Assembly (NCBI GenBank): GCA_035573955.1
Contig: DATLZO010000003.1
Span: 255-64,254, forward strand
Direction of reading: 5' to 3'
DNA: 64,000 nucleotides
Source of the DNA: Minisyncoccota bacterium
GTDB taxonomy: Bacteria; Patescibacteriota; Minisyncoccia; UBA6257; GWB1-50-10
A model generated the notes under the pieces. It ran no database searches and was not told the origin of the DNA. It saw nothing but the letters and a program-made list of their open reading frames with translations. Below, one piece after another: positions 18,159 to 28,532 of the stretch (its first letter is position 1; each line of letters begins with the position of its first letter). Both the position numbers and the translations under genes were made by a program.

Positions 18159-18788
18159 TTATTTATTGAAATTAGCGACAAAATTCTCGACTGCATCTTT
18201 TTCAAAGAAAGCGTACTTATGGTTTAAAAAATCTTCAACGCTCAAGTTTCCGGATGACTTCACTGATATCTTCGGGATATTCCGGCCGGCGAGGAAAACA
18301 GACCGGTTACCGGGCTTCACGACAATAAGAGCGCTCCGGTTCTTGCCTAAGAATTTGCCCAAAATACCGTTCAGAACCTTAGTCTTCGCTTCCTTTAGAT
18401 TGAATGCATCGATGATCCTCAATTCGTCGTCGGCCGCCTTTTTCGAGACAACTGAAAATAGAGCCTGTTTCCTCATTTCCTTATTGATTTTCTTCGTGTA
18501 GTCGCGTTCTTTAAGCGGTCCGTGGGTCACGCCGCCTCCTTTCCAAAGAGGAGACCGAATAGAACCGTGACGCGCATGGCCCGTCCCTTTCTGGGGCCAA
18601 GGTTTCTTGCCGCCGCCGCGAACTTCGCCGCGACCTTTCGAGTGTGCGACTGCTTTGCGCTTGTTCGCCATTATGGAAACTGCGATTTGGTGTACGAGGG
18701 ACGGTCGCCATTCCGCGGAGAAAATTTCGTCCGGCAATTCCATCTTGCCGACCTTCCTGTTCTCAATGTCATAAATCTCAGCCATCAT
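18159..18788 (-). CDS. rplD: 50S ribosomal protein L4
   Basis: GGGKKPWPQKGTGHARHGS. Confidence 0.97.
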   Translation of the reverse strand: MMAEIYDIENRKVGKMELPDEIFSAEWRPSLVHQIAVSIMANKRKAVAHSKGRGEVRGGGKKPWPQKGTGHARHGSIRSPLWKGGGVTHGPLKERDYTKKINKEMRKQALFSVVSKKAADDELRIIDAFNLKEAKTKVLNGILGKFLGKNRSALIVVKPGNRSVFLAGRNIPKISVKSSGNLSVEDFLNHKYAFFEKDAVENFVANFNK

Positions 18789-18792
18789 GTCA

Positions 18793-19224
18793 TTATTGTT
18801 TCATTATTACGACCTCGCTTCCTCTCATGCCGGGAATAGCTCCCTTAACCTTCAATATCTTTTCGGGAGCATTGACTTCAATTACCGTCACATTTTTGAT
18901 CGTTCTCTTCTCGAGACCCATATGACCGGCCATTTTCCTTCCCTTCAAAACACGCTGAGGGGCGGTCGCGCCTATCGAACCCGGCGCCCGCAGGCGATCT
19001 TTTTGGCCGTGGCTTTTGGGACCGCCATGGAAACCGTGGCGCTTTACAACACCCTGGAAACCGCGGCCCTTGCTCTTACCACTCAAAATTATTCTGTCGC
19101 CGGGCTTCAAATCCTCGATAACGGTTCCGTCCTCGCTCTTCACTCGGATGACGGACACGGGAACGACACGGTCTTCGAACCAAACCTGGGTCATATTGAG
19201 TTTTTCTCCTTTTATCTTTGCCAT
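18793..19224 (-). CDS. rplC: 50S ribosomal protein L3 (short form)
   Basis: SKGRGFQGVVKRHGF, RAPGSIG, MAGHMG. Confidence 0.93.
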   Translation of the reverse strand: MAKIKGEKLNMTQVWFEDRVVPVSVIRVKSEDGTVIEDLKPGDRIILSGKSKGRGFQGVVKRHGFHGGPKSHGQKDRLRAPGSIGATAPQRVLKGRKMAGHMGLEKRTIKNVTVIEVNAPEKILKVKGAIPGMRGSEVVIMKQ

Positions 19225-19347
19225 AGCCAAGTTTAACAAAAACGACCCGCCTTGAGGCGGATCGTTTTTGTTGATATTTACGCCTAAAGCCCTAATATCC
19301 TAACCGGTTTTTATCTCCAAGTCAATACTTTGACCCAAAAGGTCTCA

Positions 19348-19380
19348 GTATTGATGGTGAGCTTGTCGAACCATCAATAC
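19348..19380. repeat. REP-like hairpin
   Basis: GTATTGATGGT-GAGCTTGTCGA-ACCATCAATAC; related copy at 47281-47301. Confidence 0.6.
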
Positions 19381-19713
19381 CTACCCTGTTTTTATTTCCA
19401 CATCTACGCCCCCGGGAAGGTTAAGGTCGGTAAGCGATTCAATAATCTTCTGGTTTGGATTAGGGATGTCGATAAGACGCTTGTGAACCCTCATTTCGAA
19501 CTGTTCCCTAGACTTCTTGTGGACGAAAGTAGAACGATTCACAGTGTAGCGACGGATTTCCGTAGGAAGAGGAATGGGTCCAATAACTTCTCCACCCTGG
19601 CGACGGATAGCCTCGATTATCTGCCTTGCAGAAGAATCGATAAGCCTCGCGTCGTAAGCGCGGATCCTCAGGCGCACTCTATCTTTAGTGATTTGCTCAG
19701 TTTTAATCGGCAT
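19381..19713 (-). CDS. rpsJ: 30S ribosomal protein S10
   Basis: GPIPLPT, KKSREQFE. Confidence 0.97.
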   Translation of the reverse strand: MPIKTEQITKDRVRLRIRAYDARLIDSSARQIIEAIRRQGGEVIGPIPLPTEIRRYTVNRSTFVHKKSREQFEMRVHKRLIDIPNPNQKIIESLTDLNLPGGVDVEIKTG

Positions 19714-19762
19714 GAGAAGTCCTATAGGTCATATCGGACTTATTAATTAGTCTCCTATAGGT

Positions 19763-20962
19763 TCACTTATTAATCTTTGTGACGACGCCGGCACCAACCG
19801 TCTTGCCTCCTTCGCGGATAGCAAAACGCTGTTTCTCTTCGAGCGCAACTGGGGAGATGAGCTTGACGCCTAACTTCACAGTGTCGCCCGGCATAACCAT
19901 CTCAATACCCTCTGGCAGGATGACCTCACCGGTGACGTCGGTAGTGCGAATGTAAAACTGCGGCTTGTAACCCTTGAAAAACGGGGTGTGGCGGCCACCT
20001 TCTTCTTTGGAGAGAACGTAGACCTCACAGTCGAAATCGGTGTGCGGGGTGACGGAGCCGGGCTTCGCGATGACCTGGCCGCGTTCAACATCCTCCTTTT
20101 TGAGACCTCGGAGCAGGATACCGACATTGTCGCCGGCCCGAGCTTCGTCGAGCGTTTTCTGGAACATTTCGATGCCGGTTACAACAGTCTTCTGGGTAGG
20201 CCGAAGACCGATTATCTCAATTTCTTCGTTCGACTTCAGAATTCCCCGCTCGGCGCGGCCGGTGACAACAGTGCCGCGACCTTCAATCGAGAAAATGTCC
20301 TCAATAGGCATTAGGAACGGCTTATCGATCTCACGAACGGGTTCCGGAATGTAGTCATCTAGAGCTTTCACGAGCTCTAGTATGGGTTTTGCCGCTTCAT
20401 CGTCCGCCGATTTTGCTTCGAGCGCTTTGAGAGCCGAGCCGCGGATTATCGGCGTTTCATCGCCGGGGAACTCATACTTCTTGAGAAGTTCTCTGATCTC
20501 TGATTCAACGAGATCAACGAGTTCCTTGTCATCTACCATATCCACTTTGTTCAGGAAGACAACAATTGCCGGCACGCCGACCTGGCGGGCAAGCAGGATA
20601 TGCTCGCGCGTCTGGGGCATGGGACCGTCTGCCGCCGAAACCACGAGGACCGCACCGTCCATCTGAGCAGCGCCGGTGATCATGTTCTTGATGTAATCTG
20701 CGTGCCCGGGAGCGTCGATGTGCGCGTAGTGGCGCTTTTCCGACTCGTACTCGGAATGGTGGAGGGCAATGGTGATGCCGCGCGCCTTTTCCTCCGGTGC
20801 GTTGTCGATCATATCCACCGTCTCCTCTTTCTTCACGAGACCCTTCATGTGCAGCACGTGCGTAATGGCCGCGGTTAAAGTGGTTTTGCCGTGGTCAACG
20901 TGCCCAATGGTGCCCACGTTCACGTGGGGCTTCGTACGCTGGAATTTCTCTTTTTCTGCCAT
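19763..20962 (-). CDS. tuf: Elongation factor Tu
   Basis: [21 protein letters not shown]. Confidence 0.98.
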   Translation of the reverse strand: MAEKEKFQRTKPHVNVGTIGHVDHGKTTLTAAITHVLHMKGLVKKEETVDMIDNAPEEKARGITIALHHSEYESEKRHYAHIDAPGHADYIKNMITGAAQMDGAVLVVSAADGPMPQTREHILLARQVGVPAIVVFLNKVDMVDDKELVDLVESEIRELLKKYEFPGDETPIIRGSALKALEAKSADDEAAKPILELVKALDDYIPEPVREIDKPFLMPIEDIFSIEGRGTVVTGRAERGILKSNEEIEIIGLRPTQKTVVTGIEMFQKTLDEARAGDNVGILLRGLKKEDVERGQVIAKPGSVTPHTDFDCEVYVLSKEEGGRHTPFFKGYKPQFYIRTTDVTGEVILPEGIEMVMPGDTVKLGVKLISPVALEEKQRFAIREGGKTVGAGVVTKINK

Positions 20963-21067
20963 TTCTTTTTTGTTTATTTTTACAAATGATTTTTTCGACC
21001 TCTTTTGATGAGTAAAGGTAATAATACTCTACCCTCTCTTTGTGTCAACCCCCGAGCTTTTCCCCAA

Positions 21068-23173
21068 TCACTTCTTTCTTCCCTCGATTATCGCTTCGGC
21101 GACAGAGGCAGGCACTTCCTCGTAGTGGGAAAATTCCATCGTGAATGAACCGCGGCCTTCTGTCATGGAACGGAGTGTTGTAGAGTAACCGAACATCTCG
21201 GAGAGAGGGACGAGAGCGTCCACGGTGCGGACAGTGCCTCGCTCGCCCATCGCCTTTACCTTGCCACGCTTGGAACTCAAATCGCCCGTCACGTCACCTA
21301 AGAAATCGGGCGGAACGATAACCTGCACCTTCATGATGGGCTCGAGAAGCACGGCTTTGCCGCGCTTTGCCGCCTCCTGAAAGGCCATCGCCGCGGCGAT
21401 TTTGAAAGCAATTTCGGAAGAGTCCACCTCGTGGTAAGAACCGTCGTAGAGGGTGACTTTCACGTCGACAAACGGATATCCGGCAACAACACCCTTGTCC
21501 ATCGCTTCGTGGATTCCCTTCTCGACGGCGGGAATGAATTCTTGCGGAATGACACCGCCTTTGATGGCATCAATGAACTCAAAACCCGTTCCCCGCTCGC
21601 GCGGTTCGAGTTTCAGCCAAACATGGCCGTACTGGCCGCGGCCACCGGACTGGCGGATATACTTACCCTCAGCCTCCGCCGGAACTTTAAGCGTCTCCTT
21701 ATATGCAACCTGCGGTCGGCCGACATTCGCTTCAACTTTGAACTCGCGTTTCATCCGGTCAACAATAATTTCCAAATGAAGCTCGCCCATACCGGAGATA
21801 ATTGTTTCACCGGTCTCCTGGTCGCCGCCGACGCGAAAAGTTGGATCCTCTTCAGCCAGACGCCGGAGAGCAATGCCCATTTTTTCCTGGTCAGCTTTTG
21901 TCTTCGGTTCGATGCGCACGGAAATGACCGGTTCGGGGAAGGTTATCTGCTCGAGTACAATTGGTTTGTCAGGATCGCAGAGCGTGTCGCCAGTCGTGGT
22001 ATCCTTCAAACCAACAAGCGCACCCAAATCGCCAGCGTAGATCTCCTCGGCCTCTTCCCTATGGTTCGCGTGCATCCGCAAGATGCGACTTACCCTTTCT
22101 TGTGAACCCTTGGTGGAATTGAAAATGTAACTGCCCCGCTTCATCACGCCCGAATAGACGCGGAAGAAAGTTAAAGAACCGACGAACGGATCGGAGGCGA
22201 TTTTGAAAGCAAGTGCCGCAAGCGGTTCTTCGTCTTTTGGATGTCTTTCCTCCTCCGTGTGGTTCGTCGGGTTTATGCCTTTCACGGGCGGAATGTCAAC
22301 CGGGGACGGAAGGTAGTCGATTACGGCATCGAGCATCAACTGAACTCCCTTGTTTTTCAGCGCCGAGCCGCAAAGAACCGGCACGAGGGTATTCTCGATG
22401 GTCGCCTTGCGCAAAACTTCTTTCAGTTTATCTATTGAAGGCTCCTTACCTTCCAAATATTCGTGCATCGCTCCATCGTCGTGTTCGACAATTTTCTCGA
22501 TGAGCCGGTGGCGATATTCCTCCGTCTCATTTTTGAGATTTTCGGGAACATCGCCTTCGACAACTCGTTCGCCCTTCTCACCCTCGAAGCGATAGGCCTT
22601 CCGTGTTAAAAGGTCAATCACACCTTCAAAATTACTTTCCAGCCCGATGGGTATCTGAAGCGGCACGGCGTTCGGAGTGAGACGCTCCAGGATGGATTTA
22701 TAGCTTCCCTCCCAACTCGCGCCAGTCCGGTCAAGTTTGTTGATGAAACAAAGACGCGGCACTTTGTATTCGTCGGCGTAGTGCCAGTTTGTTTCCGATT
22801 GCGGTTCAACGCCCGCGACTCCGTCGAAAACGACAACTGCTCCATCCAGGACACGCAAGCTGCGCTTCACTTCAACGGTGAAATCAATGTGACCGGGAGT
22901 GTCAATCAAATTGATGCGGTGCTCGAAATTCTTGTCATTTTTCCGATAGGTCGGAACCCAGAAACATGTGGTCGCGGCCGAAGTGATGGTAATGCCGCGT
23001 TCCCGCTCCTGCTCCATCCAATCCATAACTGTGTCGCCTTCGTGGACCTCACCGATCTTGTGGGAAACACCCGTGTAGAAAAGAATACGTTCGGAAACGG
23101 TGGTCTTCCCGGCGTCGATATGAGCGATGATGCCGATGTCTCGGACTTTTTCAATCGGATACTGCCTTGCCAT
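21068..23173 (-). CDS. fusA: Elongation factor G
   Basis: [22 protein letters not shown]; start MARQYP. Confidence 0.98.
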   Translation of the reverse strand: MARQYPIEKVRDIGIIAHIDAGKTTVSERILFYTGVSHKIGEVHEGDTVMDWMEQERERGITITSAATTCFWVPTYRKNDKNFEHRINLIDTPGHIDFTVEVKRSLRVLDGAVVVFDGVAGVEPQSETNWHYADEYKVPRLCFINKLDRTGASWEGSYKSILERLTPNAVPLQIPIGLESNFEGVIDLLTRKAYRFEGEKGERVVEGDVPENLKNETEEYRHRLIEKIVEHDDGAMHEYLEGKEPSIDKLKEVLRKATIENTLVPVLCGSALKNKGVQLMLDAVIDYLPSPVDIPPVKGINPTNHTEEERHPKDEEPLAALAFKIASDPFVGSLTFFRVYSGVMKRGSYIFNSTKGSQERVSRILRMHANHREEAEEIYAGDLGALVGLKDTTTGDTLCDPDKPIVLEQITFPEPVISVRIEPKTKADQEKMGIALRRLAEEDPTFRVGGDQETGETIISGMGELHLEIIVDRMKREFKVEANVGRPQVAYKETLKVPAEAEGKYIRQSGGRGQYGHVWLKLEPRERGTGFEFIDAIKGGVIPQEFIPAVEKGIHEAMDKGVVAGYPFVDVKVTLYDGSYHEVDSSEIAFKIAAAMAFQEAAKRGKAVLLEPIMKVQVIVPPDFLGDVTGDLSSKRGKVKAMGERGTVRTVDALVPLSEMFGYSTTLRSMTEGRGSFTMEFSHYEEVPASVAEAIIEGRKK

Positions 23174-23174
23174 A

Positions 23175-23654
23175 TTACCTCTTCTTTCGGAGAAAACTCG
23201 CGAAAGCACGGTTAGCTTCCGCCATGCGGTGAGTGTCCTGTTTCTTTTTAATGGCAGCGCCCTCGCCTTTTGAAGCCGCAAGAAGTTCTTCGGCGAGCTT
23301 CTCCGCGATGGGCTTTCCTTTCTTTGACCGGGCGGCAGAAATTATCCAGTGGGTGGCGAGAAAAAACTGACGGTCGGGAGCAACTTCCTGCGGAATCTGG
23401 TAATTCGCGCCGCCGACACGTCGCGAGCGGACCTCAACTAGAGGCGATGCATTCGCGATTGCTCTCTCAAAAACTTTGATGGGCTCTTCTTTCGACTGTT
23501 TGCTAATCACTTTGAGGGCGCCATAAAATGCCTTTTCGGCAGCGTTCTTACGGCCACCCGTCATTAAATAGTTCACGAAGCGGCTGACATCGACCCGATT
23601 ATATTCCGGGTCGCCTTGCCGCTCCCTCTTCTTGTAGGAACCTCTCTTTCTCAT
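23175..23654 (-). CDS. rpsG: 30S ribosomal protein S7
   Basis: [23 protein letters not shown]. Confidence 0.97.
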   Translation of the reverse strand: MRKRGSYKKRERQGDPEYNRVDVSRFVNYLMTGGRKNAAEKAFYGALKVISKQSKEEPIKVFERAIANASPLVEVRSRRVGGANYQIPQEVAPDRQFFLATHWIISAARSKKGKPIAEKLAEELLAASKGEGAAIKKKQDTHRMAEANRAFASFLRKKR

Positions 23655-23657
23655 GGT

Positions 23658-24071
23658 TTATTTCTTAGGGAGCTTGGCACCGTATTTTGAGCGCTGCTGC
23701 TTGCGAGCCTCCACGCCCTGCGTGTCTAAAACACCCCTCACTATGTGGTAGCGAACGCCCGGCAAGTCCTTCACCCTTCCGCCGCGGAGGAGGACCACCG
23801 AGTGTTCCTGAAGGTTATGGCCTTCACCTGGAATGTAAGCGGTCACTTCCATGCCGTTCGTGAGCCGGACGCGGGCGACTTTTCGTAGCGCCGAGTTCGG
23901 CTTCTTCGGTGTTGTGGTGAAAACTTTAAGGCAAACTCCCCTTTTGAAAGGCGATGGTGAATCCACGGGCCGGTTTTTCTGGTAGTTAAAATAAAAACCC
24001 AAAGCCGGCGCTTTGGTTTTGGCAACCGTCCTCTTTCTGCCTTTTTTGATCAATTGCCCGATGGTAGGCAT
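23658..24071 (-). CDS. rpsL: 30S ribosomal protein S12
   Basis: [21 protein letters not shown]. Confidence 0.98.
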   Translation of the reverse strand: MPTIGQLIKKGRKRTVAKTKAPALGFYFNYQKNRPVDSPSPFKRGVCLKVFTTTPKKPNSALRKVARVRLTNGMEVTAYIPGEGHNLQEHSVVLLRGGRVKDLPGVRYHIVRGVLDTQGVEARKQQRSKYGAKLPKK

Positions 24072-24274
24072 GTTTCTTAAAAGTCGCGATTTAGAATACA
24101 TTATGTGCTTGAAATGTCAAATTTTTGCTTGTTTTTAAATGCGTTGTCGTGCTTTAGTAATCCTAAAAAAACTTCATAAAACGCGAGAGCCCCGTGTGCG
24201 ATGTTTTGCACACGGGGCCTTGCTGCTCTCGCGCGAGGGGTATTCAAGTTCAAGGGTTTAAAAGTCCCAAGAAC

Positions 24275-24916
24275 CTAAATTCCAAGCGCTATTTGCGGAG
24301 AGCGAAGACCGGCGAACCACCAGTCGTCACTCCAGTCACGGCCGTCGCGGTTGACGCGCACGCGGCGCCCGTCGTCCCAGTGCCGGTCGAAGGCGGCATA
24401 GCACCAACGGCCATCCGCGTCCTTCCAGTGGGTGCCGTTGGGACGTTCGTCGGCGAAGGCCGGGTCAGCACCGTTCACGGCCGCGAGGGAGTACGGGTCG
24501 GCGGGCATGAGACCGCGAAGCTCGTACTCCTTCTCGAGGTCGTTGTCCGAGACGTAACGTCCGAGGTTGAAAAAGATCACTTCAACCTCTTCGCCCTCGC
24601 CGCGCGGCATGGCGGCAACCACACTGCGGTTGGTATACTGCTTCCGGCCGGTGGCATCGAGCGCCTCCTGCGGGGTGCGGGAGCGGTCCACCTTGACGCG
24701 GCGGATGATGAGATTGCTCACCGCCTCGACGAGCTGCCGGAAAGGCTCCAAGAGCCGCATACCCAGGTTGTCCGTACCGAGGACTTTCTGAACCGGCTCC
24801 GATCCGAACTCTTCCCGGTGCTTCCGCAATGCGTCGCGGAGTCTCGCCACCACGTTCTCGATCTGACCATCGGTCATCTTCTGCCGCTCCGCGGATGCGA
24901 TCATGGTTCTCTCCAT
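24275..24916 (-). CDS. GC-rich hypothetical protein; possible C-type-lectin-fold DGR target
   Basis: GGAGG RBS before MERTMI; C-terminus WDDGRRVRVNRDGRDWSDDWWFAGLR; downstream hairpin ~24190-24219. Confidence 0.65.
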   Translation of the reverse strand: MERTMIASAERQKMTDGQIENVVARLRDALRKHREEFGSEPVQKVLGTDNLGMRLLEPFRQLVEAVSNLIIRRVKVDRSRTPQEALDATGRKQYTNRSVVAAMPRGEGEEVEVIFFNLGRYVSDNDLEKEYELRGLMPADPYSLAAVNGADPAFADERPNGTHWKDADGRWCYAAFDRHWDDGRRVRVNRDGRDWSDDWWFAGLRSPQIALGI

Positions 24917-25059
24917 GGCGTCATCCTCCTTTTGTTTCGGCAAGCCCCCGATTTCCGCCCTATGCGGAAATCTAAAGGTCTGCCAACTTGTACTAGAATA
25001 GTTAGACACCAAAAAACACTATTTTGTCAATATTATCGAAAATAGCACCTAAGGGGAGA

Positions 25060-25095
25060 AGAAATGGTGGTATGACGCGTCATACCACCATTTCT
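25060..25095. repeat. Perfect 36-bp palindrome
   Basis: AGAAATGGTGGTATGACG|CGTCATACCACCATTTCT. Confidence 0.9.
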
Positions 25096-25123
25096 AAGTC
25101 TCTTCCAAAGGTTTTTCTAAAAT

Positions 25124-25738
25124 CTAAAAACCGAAGGCCTGGCCGACGACGAGCGAAAAAAGAAAATCGGCGATAGGAGGTAATACCCAAAAAGCTACAA
25201 GGAGCGCAATGAACAAACCTAAAAAACCGAGACTAAGAAACCTTTGAAAAACAGAAGGGAACGCATCCATGAAAATTTTGCTCCCGTCGAGTGGCGGGAA
25301 AGGCAGAAGATTGAAAAGCCCGAGAAAAATATTCACGTAAACAATGGTGGCAAGTGCTTCTGCGAAAAGCGGGGCGGAAGAAAAAGAGAAAAAGTAAGGC
25401 AGGAGCCTCAAGACGATGCCTAAAACCAGAGCGATTAAAAGATTAGCCCCGGGGCCTGCCACCCCGACTTTCAGGGACCCGTAACGCTTGTCGCGGAGGT
25501 TCAACGGGTTGTAGGGCACGGGCTTGGCCCAACCGATGAAAATGCCGGAAGTGAAAAGAAGCAAAAGCGGGACAAGAACAGTTCCAACAGGATCAAGATG
25601 GACCAGAGGATTTAATGTGAGCCGGCCGGCGTTCTTGGCAGTCGTATCTCCCAACCTATAAGCGGTGAGGGCGTGGGCATATTCGTGGAAAACTGCCGAA
25701 AGAACGATGATGACGTAAAGAAATAACTTAAACTCCAT
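25124..25738 (-). CDS. Site-2 protease family (M50) membrane peptidase
   Basis: HEYAH, AGP, NLLPFPPLDG. Confidence 0.92.
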   Translation of the reverse strand: MEFKLFLYVIIVLSAVFHEYAHALTAYRLGDTTAKNAGRLTLNPLVHLDPVGTVLVPLLLLFTSGIFIGWAKPVPYNPLNLRDKRYGSLKVGVAGPGANLLIALVLGIVLRLLPYFFSFSSAPLFAEALATIVYVNIFLGLFNLLPFPPLDGSKIFMDAFPSVFQRFLSLGFLGLFIALLVAFWVLPPIADFLFSLVVGQAFGF

Positions 25739-25801
25739 AATTAAGAATTATACAGGAACTTGCATCATAAACCCAAAACCTATAATCTATTACCTAATAA
25801 C

Positions 25802-25993
25802 ATGAGAGCCTGTGCAGTTTGTGGAAAATCCTACCAGATGGGCGGCACACGTCGTCTTTTGCGCGGCCACTATAACCCGACAAAGCGAGGTAAGAAAAAA
25901 GCCAATCTCCAGTGGACCAAAGCTCTCCGCGCCGGCGGCCGCGCGCTCGTCTGCACTCGCTGTTTGAAAACCCTGACCAAGAAGGGGCGATAG
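25802..25993 (+). CDS. rpmB: 50S ribosomal protein L28
   Basis: CAVCGK...ANLQ...VCTRCLKT. Confidence 0.85.
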   Translation: MRACAVCGKSYQMGGTRRLLRGHYNPTKRGKKKANLQWTKALRAGGRALVCTRCLKTLTKKGR

Positions 25994-25996
25994 TTT

Positions 25997-26070
25997 CGGA
26001 GTGTCGTATAGTGGCAGTACGCATGCATGGGGTGCATGTAGCCCGAGTTCGATTCTCGGCACTCCGACCA
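25997..26070 (+). tRNA. tRNA-Pro (GGG)
   Basis: Cloverleaf CGGAGTG/CACTCCG, anticodon loop ATGGGGT, GTTCGA T-loop, encoded CCA. Confidence 0.92.
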
Positions 26071-26211
26071 ATCAAGAAATTTTAAAAATTAAGGGGAGTG
26101 TTTGACTGCCTCGCGAGGCGCGGCATCATTCGGGATTTCGTTCAAAAAAGGTTCGCGCTTCGTTCAGTAATTGCGACAATTTGGGACCGGCAGGTTGAAT
26201 AATCCAGGAAA

Positions 26212-26574
26212 ATGTGCTATGCTAAAGCTATGAATTTCGAGGTTCTGCCAATGGAACAACCCCAGGAAAAACCAAAGAAGGTGAAAATTGCCATTCCGGG
26301 CGGCGGCGAAGCCACCCTGAGCCCCGAAGAGGCGAAAAAACACGAGGACTTTGAAAAACGTCGTTTGATGTTGGAAAGGAACGAAAAGCAGGAAGCGATA
26401 GAATTGACAACCGAAGAAACATCCGAGGAATTCTCTCCCGAAGACGAGGAAATATTGAAGGAAGTCGTTCCAGACGCGAAAACTCGCGGCAATTTGAGCC
26501 CGGAAGTCGCGAGATATCTCATAAACACGAAGAAAGAAGAAAAAGGGAGCGGCGAAAGAAAAGCGGCGGCTTAA
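26212..26574 (+). CDS. Hypothetical charged protein
   Basis: E/K-rich ORF filling the gap, convergent with metG; start may be 26230. Confidence 0.65.
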   Translation: MCYAKAMNFEVLPMEQPQEKPKKVKIAIPGGGEATLSPEEAKKHEDFEKRRLMLERNEKQEAIELTTEETSEEFSPEDEEILKEVVPDAKTRGNLSPEVARYLINTKKEEKGSGERKAAA

Positions 26575-28046
26575 TGAACCTCGAAACGAGGGAAAAGCGG
26601 TTGAATCTTTTTTGGTTTAAAAACCCAAACAGTATCGCTTGGGGACACTCCCAATCCCGCAAAAATTCTATCTGAAGTATCGGGTAAAAACGGCCTCACC
26701 AAAAAAGCGATATTCCCAAGACTGTAGAGCAAAGAATAGATTACCTTTTTATCCTTGGATTCCCAGGGTTTTTTTGTCTGTATGAACTCATCGATCGAAT
26801 GGATCAGGTCCCAGACTTTCCTGATCGCTCCATTGGTATTAAAAGGGTGACTCGATGAAAGGCTGAATTCGGCATTGTATTCGCCCCATGTCCCGTCTAT
26901 CAAGCTTTTCAGATTCCCATCCACCTCCAAACCGGATGAATCAAACCCTTCCCCCAAAGTCAAAATACGGGCTGCGAGATTCCCTAAACCGTTTGCAAGG
27001 TCGGCGTTGTAGCGGGTAATGAATTTATCCCTTGTAAAATCGCCGTCCTCCGTCGCCGGTATTTCTGCGAGTAAAAAGTAGCGCAAAGCGTCGGCACCAA
27101 ATTCCTTGATGTAATCTTCGGGATCGATAACATTGCCGACAGTTTTGGACATTTTCTGACCGCCTGAATTTACGAAACCGTGGACAAAAAGAGTCTTGGG
27201 AAGAGGAAGGTCTGCTGAAAAAAGTATCGCCGGCCAATAGACGGCGTGAAAGCGGATGATGTCCTTGCCGATGACGTGCACGTCAGCGGGCCACCATTTT
27301 TCGAATTTCCCCTTGTTTGTACCGAAACCGATCGTAGTTAGATAGATTCCCAAAGCGTCGAACCACACGTAAATTCGCTGGCTTGGATCGCCGGGGCACG
27401 GTACACCCCAGTTTTTGGCGCGGTCATTCGACCGGGAAACACTGAAATCCTCGAGGCCACCTTTTATGAAGTTTAAAACCTCTTTTTGGCGGGAATCGGG
27501 AATTATTCTGTAATCGCCGCTCCCGATCAGTTCTTCCAATTTCTTCTGGTATCTCGAGAGACGGAAAAAATAATTCTCCTCCGCCACCAATTCAGGTTTG
27601 GTCTGATGGTCCGGGCATAAACCGTTAACCAAATCCTTTTCCGTCAAAAACGCTTCATGGCCCACGCAATAGAGACCATCGTAAGATTTTTTGTAGATGT
27701 CACCTCTTGCTTCGCACCGCTTCCACAATTCCACAACACCCGGCCAGTGGTTTTTTTGGTCCGAGCCGCGGCCGAAACCGTCGTACCTCACATTCAACTT
27801 GGAAGCGAAATCCCCGAAAAGCTTTGCGTTTCTGTCGATTAATTCCTGAACCGGAACGCCTTCTTTCTCGGCTGCCCGAACATTCTTTAGGGCGTTTTCG
27901 TCGGCGCCGGTTGTGAGATAAACCTCGTCGCCCTTCAGGCTCCGATAACGGGCGATGACATCAGCTTGAACAAACTCCAAAGCATGGCCCAGGTGTGGTG
28001 GGGCGTTCACATAAGGGATGGCGGTGGTCAGATAAAACTTGTTCAT
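26571..28046 (-). CDS. metG: Methionine--tRNA ligase
   Basis: PYVNAPPHLGH, YVWFDAL, KMSKT. Confidence 0.96.
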   Translation of the reverse strand: MNKFYLTTAIPYVNAPPHLGHALEFVQADVIARYRSLKGDEVYLTTGADENALKNVRAAEKEGVPVQELIDRNAKLFGDFASKLNVRYDGFGRGSDQKNHWPGVVELWKRCEARGDIYKKSYDGLYCVGHEAFLTEKDLVNGLCPDHQTKPELVAEENYFFRLSRYQKKLEELIGSGDYRIIPDSRQKEVLNFIKGGLEDFSVSRSNDRAKNWGVPCPGDPSQRIYVWFDALGIYLTTIGFGTNKGKFEKWWPADVHVIGKDIIRFHAVYWPAILFSADLPLPKTLFVHGFVNSGGQKMSKTVGNVIDPEDYIKEFGADALRYFLLAEIPATEDGDFTRDKFITRYNADLANGLGNLAARILTLGEGFDSSGLEVDGNLKSLIDGTWGEYNAEFSLSSSHPFNTNGAIRKVWDLIHSIDEFIQTKKPWESKDKKVIYSLLYSLGNIAFLVRPFLPDTSDRIFAGLGVSPSDTVWVFKPKKIQPLFPRFEVH

Positions 28047-28122
28047 AAAATCATGATAATCATTTGTTTTCAGAAAAACAAAAACCGCTCCTCGCGGCTC
28101 TCTAATAAAAAAATGGTTGCAT

Positions 28123-28260
28123 AAATCCCGCTTTTAGTTGTTCCCGGCTGAAATACACAATTGGTTCCGCATCCCGCGCCCCAGGACAAACCAGCAGGCG
28201 GGGGAAATTAGAAACCTTGGTGTTTTTGATATTACTTGATCCGGAACTAAAAACGGGATC
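28123..28260 (-). ncRNA. Rod-shaped ncRNA copy 1 (6S-RNA-like)
   Basis: Ends pair (GATCCCGTTTTTAGTT/AACTAAAAGCGGGATT), central bubble, own TTGATT-16-CATACT promoter. Confidence 0.55.
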
Positions 28261-28341
28261 AAATTTAGTATGGCCGCCTTTTGTGAAAAATCAATAGGAA
28301 TTTGTAAATAAATTGTATACAGAGAGTGGAAAAACAAACTA

Positions 28342-28480
28342 AAATCCCGCCCTAAGATTATCCCGGCTGTAATTTAGGTGGGTTTCCCCTCCTCTGAAAA
28401 CCCGGACAAACCGGCGTTTCAGAGTGAAGTCGGAATCCCTTTGGGAATACACTTGACCCGGAATCTAAAGAACGGGATTC
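28342..28480 (-). ncRNA. Rod-shaped ncRNA copy 2 (6S-RNA-like)
   Basis: Paralog of copy 1; closing stem with G-U pairs on the minus strand; TTGACG-15-TATAAT promoter. Confidence 0.55.
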
Positions 28481-28532
28481 ACTCCCATTATAGACCATCT
28501 TAGGCCCCGTCAATAGGCTTGTGGATAAATCT

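Noticed and set aside
24194-25045. 283-aa plus-strand ORF
   Set aside because: Antisense shadow of the GC-rich minus-strand gene, which has a clear RBS.
28123-28480. T-box or SAM riboswitch upstream of metG
   Set aside because: No T-box (UGGNACC) antiterminator or SAM-I core seen; each unit has its own promoter and closes as one rod.
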